A stretch of 64,000 bases of DNA. It comes from an uncultured Pelagibacteraceae bacterium (GTDB lineage: Bacteria > Pseudomonadota > Alphaproteobacteria > Pelagibacterales > Pelagibacteraceae). The stretch lies in contig CACLEQ010000001.1 of NCBI GenBank assembly GCA_902605995.1, positions 5,751-69,750 on the forward strand, written 5' to 3'. The notes beneath the pieces were generated by a model. It ran no database searches, was not told the origin of the DNA, and worked only from the letters and a program-made list of their open reading frames with translations. The translations under genes and the position numbers were made by a program. Within the stretch, counting starts at the first letter, position 1; each line of letters begins with the position of its first letter. Shown one piece after another: positions 39,594 through 49,552 of this stretch.

Positions 39594-40335
39594 ATTTTTT
39601 AATAACACTGTATCAAATATCTATTCAAAACCTTCATTAAATTCAGAGGTTGTTTCTCAAATCCTGTATGGAGAAAAATTTAGAATTTTATCAAAAAAAG
39701 ATAAATGGATAAAAATTAAGACTTATTATGATAAATATATTGGTTACATTAAAAATAAAAAATTTATTGAACACTTCAAACCTTCACATAAAATTTTTGT
39801 TTTAAAATCAACTATATTTATCAAAAGAAAAAATAAGTTTTATAAAACAAATAACTTTCTTTATTTTGCTTCAGGAATTTCAATCAAAAGAGCTTTTAAA
39901 AATTATTTAGAATTTGAGAGTAATAAATGGATAAGAAAAAAAGATACAAAAAAAATTAAACATGAAGAAAATAATTTTGTAAAAATCCTTAAATTATTTG
40001 TTAATAGCAAATATTTATGGGGAGGTAAAACAGTAAGAGGAATAGATTGCTCTGCTTTAATCCAAATTTATTTCTATTATAATAGAATTTTTTTTCCAAG
40101 AGATACAAAAGATCAAATTATATATTGTAAAAAAAAAAAGAATAAAAAATTTTCTAAGGGAGATATTATCTTCTGGAGAGGACATGTGGGTATATGTATA
40201 AATAAAACTAAATTTATTCATGCCTACGGGCCAAAAAGAAAAGTGACAATAATGCCAATAAAATATGCTATTCAATTAATTTTGAAAACCGCGTCCCTGA
40301 AAATAAAAAAAATTAGTAATTTAAAAAATTTTTAA
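39583..40335 (+). CDS. SH3 + NlpC/P60 (C40) peptidase without a signal peptide (YkfC-like)
   Basis: SQILYGE (SH3), YLWGG, GIDCSAL, PRD, GHVGI, IHA. Confidence 0.88.
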   Translation: MKNKFFNNTVSNIYSKPSLNSEVVSQILYGEKFRILSKKDKWIKIKTYYDKYIGYIKNKKFIEHFKPSHKIFVLKSTIFIKRKNKFYKTNNFLYFASGISIKRAFKNYLEFESNKWIRKKDTKKIKHEENNFVKILKLFVNSKYLWGGKTVRGIDCSALIQIYFYYNRIFFPRDTKDQIIYCKKKKNKKFSKGDIIFWRGHVGICINKTKFIHAYGPKRKVTIMPIKYAIQLILKTASLKIKKISNLKNF

Positions 40336-41228
40336 TTTCTTCCAAAATCTGGTCTATTTATATCCTGTTTAAGTTTAAGTATTTTAGATCTTACTTTTTT
40401 TGTTCGAGTCAACTTTTTCAGAATGGAATTGTTATTTTTACGGTGTATGTCTTTTTTAAAGTCATTTAAGTTTTTTATAAATAAATCAATTGCTTTTGAA
40501 ACGTTGACTCTATTGTCAAAAAAAATATCACGCCACATTACTTCATTTGAAGCAGCGATTCTTGAAAAATCTCTTAGACCACCTGCACTAAATTTTATCA
40601 GGTTATATTTTTGTCTTTTTTCGAAATCTTGGGCTGATTTAACTAAATTGTAAGCTATTAGGTGAGGTAAATGACTTGTCATAGAAAAAATTTTATCGTG
40701 TTTTTTTGCATTCATAAGAACAGTTTTTGCACCTATTTTTTTCCAGAAAAATTCTAGAAATTTAATATGTTTAACGTTGGATTTTTTTTCTTTGATTAAA
40801 ATACACCATTTGCTATTAAATAAATCTTTTGTTCCATGCTCAGGTCCACTTACTTCTGAGCCTGCTATAGGGTGACTAGAAGTCCAAAAAATATTTTTCT
40901 TTAAATTCTTTTTGATTATTTTTAATGAACTCATTTTTGAAGATCCAATATCAGTAATTATATGGCCAGGAGTTAAGAATTTATTTATTTTAAGAATTAA
41001 ATTTTTGTACTGACTCATGGGAGTGCAAAAAATAATTAATTTTGATTTATGAACAGCATCCTCAGGTTTTTTAATTATCTCACAAGGTAACTTTAAACTT
41101 TTTATTTTTTTTAGGTTTCTTTTTGATTTTTCAAATACAAAAACTTTTTTTGCTAATTTCTTATGTTTGATTTTTCTTAATAAAGAAGAACCTAAAAGCC
41201 CACAACCTAATATTAATATACTTTTCAT
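40332..41228 (-). CDS. tyrC: Prephenate/arogenate (cyclohexadienyl) dehydrogenase
   Basis: G.GL.GSS, TDIGS.K, HPIAGSE.SG, HD...S.TSHLPH, GG.RDF.RIA.S. Confidence 0.9.
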   Translation of the reverse strand: MKSILILGCGLLGSSLLRKIKHKKLAKKVFVFEKSKRNLKKIKSLKLPCEIIKKPEDAVHKSKLIIFCTPMSQYKNLILKINKFLTPGHIITDIGSSKMSSLKIIKKNLKKNIFWTSSHPIAGSEVSGPEHGTKDLFNSKWCILIKEKKSNVKHIKFLEFFWKKIGAKTVLMNAKKHDKIFSMTSHLPHLIAYNLVKSAQDFEKRQKYNLIKFSAGGLRDFSRIAASNEVMWRDIFFDNRVNVSKAIDLFIKNLNDFKKDIHRKNNNSILKKLTRTKKVRSKILKLKQDINRPDFGRN

Positions 41229-42310
41229 TTACTAAATATATTCTTCACTGATTTCATAAAATTTATATTCTCAATTTTTGAACCAATAGTTAATCGCAAC
41301 ATATTTTTAATTTTATACCCTTCCTCGGTAGACCTTAGAATGATTCCTTTTTCTTTTAGTTTTTTATAAAAATACTTAGCTTTAAATTTACATTTTGAAA
41401 AGTCTAATAATAAAAAATTTGCACTTACTTCATTTGAATAAATTTGGTAATTTTTTAAAAAATTTTTAATTTTAGTTGCAAATATAAGATTATGCTTAAT
41501 TGATTGTGATAAAAACTTTTTATCTTTTAAAGACTCTATCGCAGCTAATTGAGCGACCTCATTTACATTAAATGGGGGTTTGATAATATTTAATGCATCA
41601 ATAATTTTTTTTGAACCATAACCCCAACCAACTCTTAAAGAAGCTAGACCATATATTTTCGAAAAAGTCCTTAAAATAAAAACATTCTCTTTACTTTTAA
41701 AAAGATCTAATCCCGACTTATAATCAGAATTTTTCATATACTCAAAATAAGCATCATCGATAACTAATAATATATTTTTTTTTAATCTTTTTCTTAATTC
41801 AAGAAGCTCGGTTTTGGTAAGGTAAGTTCCTGTTGGATTATTGGGATTTGCCAAAAAAACAATTTTTGTTTTATTTGTCACATTTTTCAAAATTTCATTT
41901 ATAGAAACTTTAAAATTTTTTTCTTTTGAAAAAACTACTTTTGCACCAACAATTTTTGAGTAAATCCTATACATTAAAAAACTGTATTGCGGAACAATTA
42001 CCTCATCCTTTGGTTGTAAAAAAAGTTGACATAACATTTGAATAATTTCATCAGAACCAGCACCACAGATAATTCTTTTAAAATCACATTTAAATTTTTT
42101 TGATATCTGTTCTCTTAATTTTTTTGATTTTCCGTCAGGATATCTAAAAAAATTCAAATTTTTATTAAATATAATTTTTCTAGCTTTCGTGCTTACTCCC
42201 AATGCTGACTCGTTAGCAGAAAGCTTAATAATTTTTTTCAATTTTTTGACTTGAGACTTGCCTGGCTCATAGACTTCTACATCAATTTTTCTAAATTTTA
42301 AGTTTGTCAT
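41225..42310 (-). CDS. hisC: Histidinol-phosphate aminotransferase
   Basis: KLSANE, YPD, GSDE, ANPNNPTG, DDAY.EY, RTFSK.YGLA.LR.G. Confidence 0.94.
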   Translation of the reverse strand: MTNLKFRKIDVEVYEPGKSQVKKLKKIIKLSANESALGVSTKARKIIFNKNLNFFRYPDGKSKKLREQISKKFKCDFKRIICGAGSDEIIQMLCQLFLQPKDEVIVPQYSFLMYRIYSKIVGAKVVFSKEKNFKVSINEILKNVTNKTKIVFLANPNNPTGTYLTKTELLELRKRLKKNILLVIDDAYFEYMKNSDYKSGLDLFKSKENVFILRTFSKIYGLASLRVGWGYGSKKIIDALNIIKPPFNVNEVAQLAAIESLKDKKFLSQSIKHNLIFATKIKNFLKNYQIYSNEVSANFLLLDFSKCKFKAKYFYKKLKEKGIILRSTEEGYKIKNMLRLTIGSKIENINFMKSVKNIFSK

Positions 42311-42379
42311 CTTTTAAATTTAAGGCATTTATAAATAAAATAACAATTTTTTATATAGTTAAGTAAAATTTTTTAAAAA

Positions 42380-42408
42380 TTGACATAATTAATAACTTCT
42401 TGTAAATA
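42380..42408 (+). promoter_or_regulatory. Putative sigma-70 promoter of the SAM-II/metX leader
   Basis: TTGACA (42380-42385), 17 nt, TAAATA (42403-42408), just upstream of the riboswitch. Confidence 0.55.
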
Positions 42409-42414
42409 ATGCTT

Positions 42415-42463
42415 GCGCTGATTTAACTGAATTGCGAGCGCTTTAAAAAAACCGCTAAAAAAG
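42415..42463 (+). ncRNA. SAM-II (SAM-alpha) riboswitch aptamer
   Basis: GCGCU-GAUUUAAC..-UUGCG-AGCGC...CGCUAAAAAAG. P1 42415-19/42437-41; pseudoknot UUGCG/CGCUAA. Matches the SAM-II consensus and lies upstream of metX. Confidence 0.92.
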
Positions 42464-42496
42464 TTTTTTTCTCACAATTCACTTCACCGCACACTT

Positions 42497-43633
42497 ATGA
42501 ATAATGAGCAAAATTTAAAAAAAATTATTATAAAAAAACCACTCAAACTGGATTGTGGTAAAACTATAAATAATTTTCCATTAGCTTATGAAACCTACGG
42601 ATCTCTTAATGAAAGTAAGGATAATGCTATACTAGTATTTCATGCTCTCACTGGAGATCAATATGTTACTGGTATAAATCCTGTTACAAAAAAAGAAGGT
42701 TGGTGGATACATGCAGTTGGTCCAGATAAATCTATTGATACGAAAAAATATTTCGTAATATGTGCGAATGTAATTGGTGGATGCATGGGTTCATTCGGTC
42801 CAAGTCATAAAAATGAAGAAACAAACAAAATTTATGGAACTGATTTTCCGGTCATAACAATAAATGATATGGTTAATGCTCAGGTCAATTTACTAGACCA
42901 TTTTGAAATTAAAAAACTTTTTTCTGTTATAGGTGGATCAATGGGTGGGATGCAGGTTTTACAATTTGTAAGTAATTTTCCAGATAAAACTAAAACAGCC
43001 GTCCCAATAGCCTGCACATATAGCCATTCAGCGCAAAATATCGCTTTGAATGAACTTGGAAGACAAGCTATTACAGCGGACCATAATTGGTTAGCAGGAG
43101 AGTATTCCTCTAAAAACAAAGTCCCAGACAAAGGCTTGGCAGTAGCAAGAATGGCAGCACACATTACATATTTATCTAAAAAGGGTCTTCAAGAAAAATT
43201 TGGTAGAAAACTTCAAGAGAGAGATGATTTTAAATTTGGTTTTGATGCTGATTTCCAAATTGAAAGTTATTTGAGACATCAAGGTTCAGTATTTGTAGAT
43301 AGATTTGACGCAAATAGCTATCTCTACATCACAAGAGCTATGGATTATTTTGATTTAGCTAAACAGTTTAATGGAAATTTATCTAATGCTTTTAAAAAAA
43401 CTAACTCAAAGTTTTTTATTATATCTTTTACATCAGATTGGCTTTATCCAACTCAAGAAAATAAAGAAATAGTGATTGCTTTAAATGCAATAGGTGCAAA
43501 TGTGGGTTTTGTTGAGATAGAGTCAGATAAAGGACACGACTCTTTTTTATTAAATGTTCCAGATTTTTTAAATACAGTTAAAAATTTTTTAAACCAATCT
43601 TACGATGAATTGAAAAATGAAACCAGAATATGA
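42497..43633 (+). CDS. metX: Homoserine O-acetyltransferase
   Basis: AYETYG.LN, HALTGD, GGSMGG, GLAVARM.AHITY, RFDAN.Y, D.L, GHDSFL. Confidence 0.95.
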   Translation: MNNEQNLKKIIIKKPLKLDCGKTINNFPLAYETYGSLNESKDNAILVFHALTGDQYVTGINPVTKKEGWWIHAVGPDKSIDTKKYFVICANVIGGCMGSFGPSHKNEETNKIYGTDFPVITINDMVNAQVNLLDHFEIKKLFSVIGGSMGGMQVLQFVSNFPDKTKTAVPIACTYSHSAQNIALNELGRQAITADHNWLAGEYSSKNKVPDKGLAVARMAAHITYLSKKGLQEKFGRKLQERDDFKFGFDADFQIESYLRHQGSVFVDRFDANSYLYITRAMDYFDLAKQFNGNLSNAFKKTNSKFFIISFTSDWLYPTQENKEIVIALNAIGANVGFVEIESDKGHDSFLLNVPDFLNTVKNFLNQSYDELKNETRI

Positions 43634-44213
43634 AATAATATTAGAGTTACTAGAGCAAAATTCTAGAATATTAGATGTAGGTTGTGATGATGGAACCTTA
43701 ATGGAGTTTTTAAAAAAAGAAAAAAATTTAGATATTAGAGGAATTGAAATCTCAAAACAGAAAGTACAAACATGTGTTGCTAAAGGTCTTACAGTTTTAG
43801 AGGGTAACGCTGAATTTGATTTAAAACAATTTCCTGATAAATCTTTTGATTACGTTATTTTAGGGCAAACTTTGCAAGCTTTTATGAACCCTGAAACTGT
43901 TATAAATGAACTCTTAAGAATAGGAAAAAAAGCAATTATAACTATTCCTAATTTTGGTCATTGGAAAGTAAGACTCAATTTGTTAGTTAAAGGTACAATG
44001 CCCCTTACAAAAACGCTACCAAATAACTGGTATAACACCCCAAATATACATATGTGTACTATTAAAGATTTTGTTGAGTTCTCGAATGTAATAAATTTTA
44101 GAATATTTAAATCCTTAGCCCTAACAAATAAAAGTATATCAAAGATAAATACCTCAAACTTATTTTTTAAAAATTTATTTGCAGAACTTGGTATATTTTT
44201 AATAGAAAAATAA
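43617..44213 (+). CDS. metW: Methionine biosynthesis protein MetW
   Basis: LDVGC.DG.L, FDYVIL.QTLQ, PNFGHW, WYNTPNIH.CT; follows metX. Confidence 0.93.
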   Translation: MKPEYEIILELLEQNSRILDVGCDDGTLMEFLKKEKNLDIRGIEISKQKVQTCVAKGLTVLEGNAEFDLKQFPDKSFDYVILGQTLQAFMNPETVINELLRIGKKAIITIPNFGHWKVRLNLLVKGTMPLTKTLPNNWYNTPNIHMCTIKDFVEFSNVINFRIFKSLALTNKSISKINTSNLFFKNLFAELGIFLIEK

Positions 44214-44214
44214 T

Positions 44215-44934
44215 ATGGATGTAAAAATTATCAAATGTTTACAAGATAACTATAGTTATTTATTAATTGACAATAGTACTAAGAAAGCTTGTGTTATCGA
44301 TCCAGGTGAAGCAGAACCAATTGTAAATTATATTGAAGAAAATGAGATTAATTTAAAATATATTTTAAATACTCATCATCACATTGATCACATTGGGGGA
44401 AATTTAATTTTGAAAGAAAAATACAATTCTAAAATTATTGGTTTTGACGGTGATAAAAAACGAATTCCTAAAATTGATATTTTAGTTAAAAATGATGAGA
44501 TTTGGAAAAATGACACATTTGAAGCTAGAATATTTCATGTACCCGGTCATACATTGGGGCATATTGCTTTTCATTTTTATAAAGAGAGAAAAATTTTTAC
44601 AGGAGACACCTTATTTTCATTGGGTTGTGGTAGAATTTTTGAGGGAACATATGCTCAGATGTTTAATTCCCTCAATAAAATTAAAAATCTTCCTTTAGAT
44701 ACAGATATTTATTGTGGACATGAATATACTCTTCAGAACTCTAAGTTTTGTCTTGAATTCGATACAAAAAATCCAAATCTTCAAAAAAAGATAACTCAAA
44801 TTGAAAATAAACTTAAAAAAGGTCTTCCAACCTTACCAACAAGTTTGAGAGAAGAAATACAATGTAATATATTTCTCAAAGCCAAAGATTTAGCAAGTTT
44901 TTCAAAACTTAGAGATTTGAAGGATAATTTCTAA
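44215..44934 (+). CDS. gloB: Hydroxyacylglutathione hydrolase (glyoxalase II)
   Basis: DNY.Y, THHH.DH.GG, PGHT.GH, FTGDTLF..GCGR.FEG, CGHEYT. Confidence 0.95.
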   Translation: MDVKIIKCLQDNYSYLLIDNSTKKACVIDPGEAEPIVNYIEENEINLKYILNTHHHIDHIGGNLILKEKYNSKIIGFDGDKKRIPKIDILVKNDEIWKNDTFEARIFHVPGHTLGHIAFHFYKERKIFTGDTLFSLGCGRIFEGTYAQMFNSLNKIKNLPLDTDIYCGHEYTLQNSKFCLEFDTKNPNLQKKITQIENKLKKGLPTLPTSLREEIQCNIFLKAKDLASFSKLRDLKDNF

Positions 44935-44987
44935 CTTATAAAGCTTGACTAAAATATCGCTAAGACTATATTGCCTAAAAAAAATTT

Positions 44988-45386
44988 ATGTCTTACGCAG
45001 TAATCAAAACAGGTGGTAAACAATACAAGGTTAAATCTGGAGAAATTTTAAAAATAGAAAAACTCCCAGAAACTAAAATAGATACCAAAATAGAGTTTAG
45101 TGAAGTGCTAGCTTATGGGGATAATAAATTAATAGAGATTGGTAATCCTATTATTAAGGGTGCAAAAGTAGAGGCAAATTTAATTAAAAATAGTAAAAAT
45201 AGAACAATCTTAATTTTTAAAAAAAGAAGAAGACAAAATTCAAGAAGAAAAAATGGTCATAGACAAGAATATTCTTTAATAAGAGTGGAAAAAATTTTCT
45301 CAAAAGATGGTAAAGTTCTTTCTGAAGCTGAGAAAATATCCAAACCTATTAAAAAGGAAATTTCAAAAAAAGAAGTTATTAAATAA
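44988..45386 (+). CDS. rplU: 50S ribosomal protein L21
   Basis: YAVIKTGGKQYKV, FKKRRR.N.RRKNGHRQ. Confidence 0.97.
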   Translation: MSYAVIKTGGKQYKVKSGEILKIEKLPETKIDTKIEFSEVLAYGDNKLIEIGNPIIKGAKVEANLIKNSKNRTILIFKKRRRQNSRRKNGHRQEYSLIRVEKIFSKDGKVLSEAEKISKPIKKEISKKEVIK

Positions 45387-45399
45387 CTAGGTATACATT

Positions 45400-45654
45400 A
45401 TGGCAACAAAAAAAGCAGGTGGATCTTCAAGAAATGGACGAGATAGTGCTGGTAGGAGGCTTGGTGTAAAGAAGTATGGTGGTGAGCTAGTTGTTCCAGG
45501 AAATATAATTGTAAGACAAAGAGGTACCAAGATATTCCCAGGACAAAACGTTGGAATGGGAAAGGATCACTCTATTTTTTCAGTAATTAAAGGCAAAGTA
45601 GTTTTTAAAAAAACTAAATCAGATAGAACTTTTGTTTCAGTAAAACCCAATTAA
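45400..45654 (+). CDS. rpmA: 50S ribosomal protein L27
   Basis: [33 protein letters not shown]. Confidence 0.98.
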   Translation: MATKKAGGSSRNGRDSAGRRLGVKKYGGELVVPGNIIVRQRGTKIFPGQNVGMGKDHSIFSVIKGKVVFKKTKSDRTFVSVKPN

Positions 45655-45682
45655 TAGTACAACTTAGATTAGGTGTTGTATT

Positions 45683-46666
45683 ATGAAATTTTTAGATCAA
45701 GTTAAAATTTATGTAAAAGCTGGAAACGGTGGAGATGGATCTCCAAGTTTTAGAAGAGAAAAATTTATAGAGTTTGGTGGACCAGATGGAGGTGATGGCG
45801 GAAAAGGTGGTTCAGTAATATTAAGAGCTGAGAGAAATCTTAACACTTTAGTTGACTATAGATATCAGCAGCACCATAAGGCTAAAAGAGGCGAGAATGG
45901 ATCTGGTCAAAATCGAACAGGAAAAAATGGGGAAGATTTAGTACTTAAAGTTCCTCTCGGTACCCAAGTTTTTGAGGAAGATAACAAGACATTGATCTTT
46001 GATTTTATGAATACAGAAGAAATGTTTATTGTAGCTTCTGGTGGCAAAGGCGGTCTTGGAAACACAAGATTCAAAAGCTCCACAAATAGAGCACCCAGAA
46101 AATTTACAAAAGGTTTTATCGGTGAAGAGTTTGTTATCTGGCTTCAATTAAAAACTATTGCAGATATAGGAATCATCGGTTTGCCAAACGCTGGTAAATC
46201 CAGTCTACTGGCAGCATTAACTAATGCTAATCCTAAAATTGCAAACTACAAATTTACAACTTTAAATCCCAACCTTGGTGTAACAAAGTATGATAATAAG
46301 GAAATTACTATAGCGGATATTCCTGGTTTGGTAGAAGGTGCTCACAAAGGAACTGGCTTGGGTATAAAATTTCTCAAACATATTGAAAGATGTAAATCAC
46401 TTTTACACTTAATTGATATAACTAACGATGATCTTAGTGGGAGCTATAAACAAATAAAAAATGAATTAAAAAGTTATAGCTCTAAACTTTCTAAAAAAAA
46501 AGAATTAGTAATCTTAAATAAAGTTGATTTGATGGATAATAAAGACCTAAAGAAAATAATAAAAGAATTTTCAAAAAATACAAACTCTGAAGTTATGACA
46601 TTAACTACATTTGAAAAAAAATCCATATCTAAAATTAAATCAAAATTAATAAATTATGCATCTTAA
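45683..46666 (+). CDS. obgE: GTPase Obg/CgtA
   Basis: FRREKF...GGPDGGDGG.GG, GLPNAGKS, FTTL.P, DIPG, NKVD. Confidence 0.97.
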   Translation: MKFLDQVKIYVKAGNGGDGSPSFRREKFIEFGGPDGGDGGKGGSVILRAERNLNTLVDYRYQQHHKAKRGENGSGQNRTGKNGEDLVLKVPLGTQVFEEDNKTLIFDFMNTEEMFIVASGGKGGLGNTRFKSSTNRAPRKFTKGFIGEEFVIWLQLKTIADIGIIGLPNAGKSSLLAALTNANPKIANYKFTTLNPNLGVTKYDNKEITIADIPGLVEGAHKGTGLGIKFLKHIERCKSLLHLIDITNDDLSGSYKQIKNELKSYSSKLSKKKELVILNKVDLMDNKDLKKIIKEFSKNTNSEVMTLTTFEKKSISKIKSKLINYAS

Positions 46667-47762
46667 AAATTCTAAAATAATCGTTATCAAAATTGGTTCA
46701 TCCTTAATAGTAAACGAAAAGAAAAAGATTAGAAAAAAATGGTTACTTAGCTTTGCAGAAGATATTAAAAAATTAAAAAATAACAATAAAAAGGTGGTAA
46801 TAGTGAGTTCTGGAGCTATAGCACTTGGATGTAAAAAAATGAATTATAGTAAAACAAAACTAAAACTAGATAAAAGTCAGGCCATTGCTTCCATAGGTCA
46901 AATAGAGTTAATGAATTTATTTTCTCAAACATTTTCAAAATTAAAATTAAATATTTCTCAAATACTTCTGACCTTAGAAGATACTGAAGAAAGAAGGAGA
47001 TCAATTAATGCCAAAAGAACTTTTGAAAATTTATTTAAATTAAATTACATACCAATTGTAAACGAGAACGATACCATTGCTACCTCTGAAATTAAATATG
47101 GGGACAATGATAGATTAGCTTCAAGGGTATCTCAAATAATATCAGCAGATACTTTAGTTTTGCTTTCAGATGTTGATGGGCTATATACAAAAAATCCTAA
47201 AACATTCAAAGATGCTAAATTAATTAGAGAGATCAATAACTTAAATAAAGATATTCAAAATATAAATATTAAAGGTATTACAGAATTTGGAAGTGGTGGA
47301 ATGAATACTAAAATTGAAGCAGCAAAAATTTGCAACTTGGCAGGTTGTAACATGGTGATTGCAAATGGTTTATATTTAAACCCTATTAATTTAATAGAAA
47401 AAAAAAGTAATTGTACTTGGTTTTACTCAAAAGTATCAAAATTACATGCAAGAAAAAGATGGATCTTAAGTTCGATTTCACCAAAAGGAGAGATTATAAT
47501 AGATGATGGTGCTAAAAAAGCACTTACAAATGGAAAAAGTCTGTTGGCAGCAGGTATAAAAAAAGTTTCAGGAAAGTTCAAAAAAGGAGATCATATAAAA
47601 ATTATAGATATAAAAAGGAAGGAGTTCGCAAGAGGTTTGAGCTCCTTTTCATCAGATGAAATAAAAAAGATAATGGGATATCACTCGAATGAAATAAAAA
47701 AAATACTTGGTTATATTTCAAAATCTGAGGTTGTACATAAAGATGATATGGTAGAAATTTAA
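46656..47762 (+). CDS. proB: Glutamate 5-kinase
   Basis: KIGSS, VSSGA, NEND, GDND.LA, GGM.TK, C-terminal PUA domain. Confidence 0.96.
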   Translation: MHLKNSKIIVIKIGSSLIVNEKKKIRKKWLLSFAEDIKKLKNNNKKVVIVSSGAIALGCKKMNYSKTKLKLDKSQAIASIGQIELMNLFSQTFSKLKLNISQILLTLEDTEERRRSINAKRTFENLFKLNYIPIVNENDTIATSEIKYGDNDRLASRVSQIISADTLVLLSDVDGLYTKNPKTFKDAKLIREINNLNKDIQNINIKGITEFGSGGMNTKIEAAKICNLAGCNMVIANGLYLNPINLIEKKSNCTWFYSKVSKLHARKRWILSSISPKGEIIIDDGAKKALTNGKSLLAAGIKKVSGKFKKGDHIKIIDIKRKEFARGLSSFSSDEIKKIMGYHSNEIKKILGYISKSEVVHKDDMVEI

Positions 47763-49012
47763 TGAAAGAAAAATTGTTAAATATAGGTAGAAAATCAAAA
47801 AAAGCTTTTTTGCACAAAATTGATTCTAAAAAGAAAGATAAAGTTTTAAAAAATTATTATCAACTAATTTTTAAAAATAAAAAATTAATTCTTAATGCAA
47901 ATAAGAAAGATATTAGTCTTGCATATAAGAAAAATTTGAATGAAAATCTTATAAAAAGATTGGTTCTAAGTGAAAAAAAAATTTTAGATATGATAAATTC
48001 AATAAAAAAAATAATTCAATTAAGAGATCCTACAAATATTGTATTGGAAAGATGGAAAAGGCCCAACGGTCTTAATATTTCAAAAATATCTATACCAATA
48101 GGGGTAATAGGCATTATTTATGAAAGTCGACCTAATGTTACATCAGATGCTGCTTCTTTATGTTTTAAATCTGGAAATCCAGTTATTCTTAAAGGAGGCT
48201 CTGAGTCATTTTATTCTAATTTAATACTTTCAAACTTATTCAGAAGATCACTAAAAATAAATAAGGTGGATGAAAATTTTGTTCAATTTATAAATATAAA
48301 AAAAAGGAATGTAGTTGATTTTATGTTGAGTAAAATGAAACAATATATCGACGTTATTGTTCCAAGAGGAGGTAAAAGTTTAGTTAAAAAAGTTCAAGAT
48401 CTATCATCAATTCCTATTATTGGACATCTTGAGGGTATTTGTCATTCATATGTTGATAAAGATGCAAATCCTAAAATTGCGAAACAGGTCATTCTCAATG
48501 CGAAATTGAGAAATACAGCAATCTGTGGTGCTACAGAGACTGTTATTTTACATGAAAAAATAATTAAAAAGTTTGGCCTCTCAATTTTGGAAAATTTAGA
48601 AAAACATGGTTGCAAAATTATTGCAGATAACAAAATAAGAAAGATTTATAATGGAAAAATTAAAAAAGCAACGAGACAAGATTGGTCTAAAGAGTATTTA
48701 GGCCCAACCGTATCAGTTAAATCTGTAAAAAATTTAGATGAAGCTATACTGCATATAAATAAATATGGGACTATGCACACTGATTGTATAATTACTCAAA
48801 ATAAAAAGAATGCAAACAAATTTTTAAAATATGTTAAAAGTTCTATAGCAATGCACAATACTTCAACACAGTTTGCTGACGGTGGTGAATTTGGATTTGG
48901 AGGCGAGGTTGGAATTTCTACAAACAATTTACCACCCAGAGGTCCCGTTGGATTAAATCAATTAGTTTCTTATAAATATAAAATTACTAGTAAAGGAAGT
49001 ATAAGGAAATAA
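47762..49012 (+). CDS. proA: Gamma-glutamyl phosphate reductase
   Basis: P.GVIGIIYESRPNVT, LKGGSE, PRGG, C.A.ET, FADG.EFG.G.E.GIST, RGPVGL. Confidence 0.96.
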   Translation: MKEKLLNIGRKSKKAFLHKIDSKKKDKVLKNYYQLIFKNKKLILNANKKDISLAYKKNLNENLIKRLVLSEKKILDMINSIKKIIQLRDPTNIVLERWKRPNGLNISKISIPIGVIGIIYESRPNVTSDAASLCFKSGNPVILKGGSESFYSNLILSNLFRRSLKINKVDENFVQFINIKKRNVVDFMLSKMKQYIDVIVPRGGKSLVKKVQDLSSIPIIGHLEGICHSYVDKDANPKIAKQVILNAKLRNTAICGATETVILHEKIIKKFGLSILENLEKHGCKIIADNKIRKIYNGKIKKATRQDWSKEYLGPTVSVKSVKNLDEAILHINKYGTMHTDCIITQNKKNANKFLKYVKSSIAMHNTSTQFADGGEFGFGGEVGISTNNLPPRGPVGLNQLVSYKYKITSKGSIRK

Positions 49013-49013
49013 A

Positions 49014-49535
49014 TTGAGACTAAAAAGAGATAAGATTGGAATTCTTGGAGGTTCATTTGATCCAGCCCATAAAGGACATTTAGCAATTTCTAATGAAGCA
49101 TATAAGAGATTTAAATTAAAAAAAATAATTTGGGCGATAACAAAAAAAAATCCATTAAAAGATGATAGTAATAGAAATCTTTTAAATAGAATTAAAGGTT
49201 GTAGGAAAATAATTAGAAACAAACAATTTATTCAAGTTAAGTTTTATGAAAATTTAATTAAATCTAATAAGACAATAAATTTAATTAATCACTTAAGCAA
49301 AAACAAAAAAAATGAAATTTTTTTTTTGATGGGTGCAGACAATCTAATATCATTTCATAAATGGTATAAATGGAAACTTATATCTAGAAAATGTAATTTA
49401 ATTGTATTTGACCGTCATGGGTATAAAAAAAAATCATTAAATTCAATAACATATAAAAGGTTAAATAAGAAAAATTTAAAATTTATAGAATTTAATAAAG
49501 TCAATATTTCATCTTCTCAATTGAGAAAAATTTGA
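49014..49535 (+). CDS. nadD: Nicotinate-nucleotide adenylyltransferase
   Basis: GGSFDPAH.GH, MGADN, W..W, ISSS.LR; TTG start. Confidence 0.92.
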   Translation: MRLKRDKIGILGGSFDPAHKGHLAISNEAYKRFKLKKIIWAITKKNPLKDDSNRNLLNRIKGCRKIIRNKQFIQVKFYENLIKSNKTINLINHLSKNKKNEIFFLMGADNLISFHKWYKWKLISRKCNLIVFDRHGYKKKSLNSITYKRLNKKNLKFIEFNKVNISSSQLRKI

Positions 49536-49552
49536 TAGTCTTAATTTAATTA

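Noticed and set aside
44945-44972. Promoter before rplU (TTGACT...TATATT)
   Set aside because: The 16-nt spacing and ambiguity between sigma-70 and RpoH readings make the call too uncertain to list as a feature.
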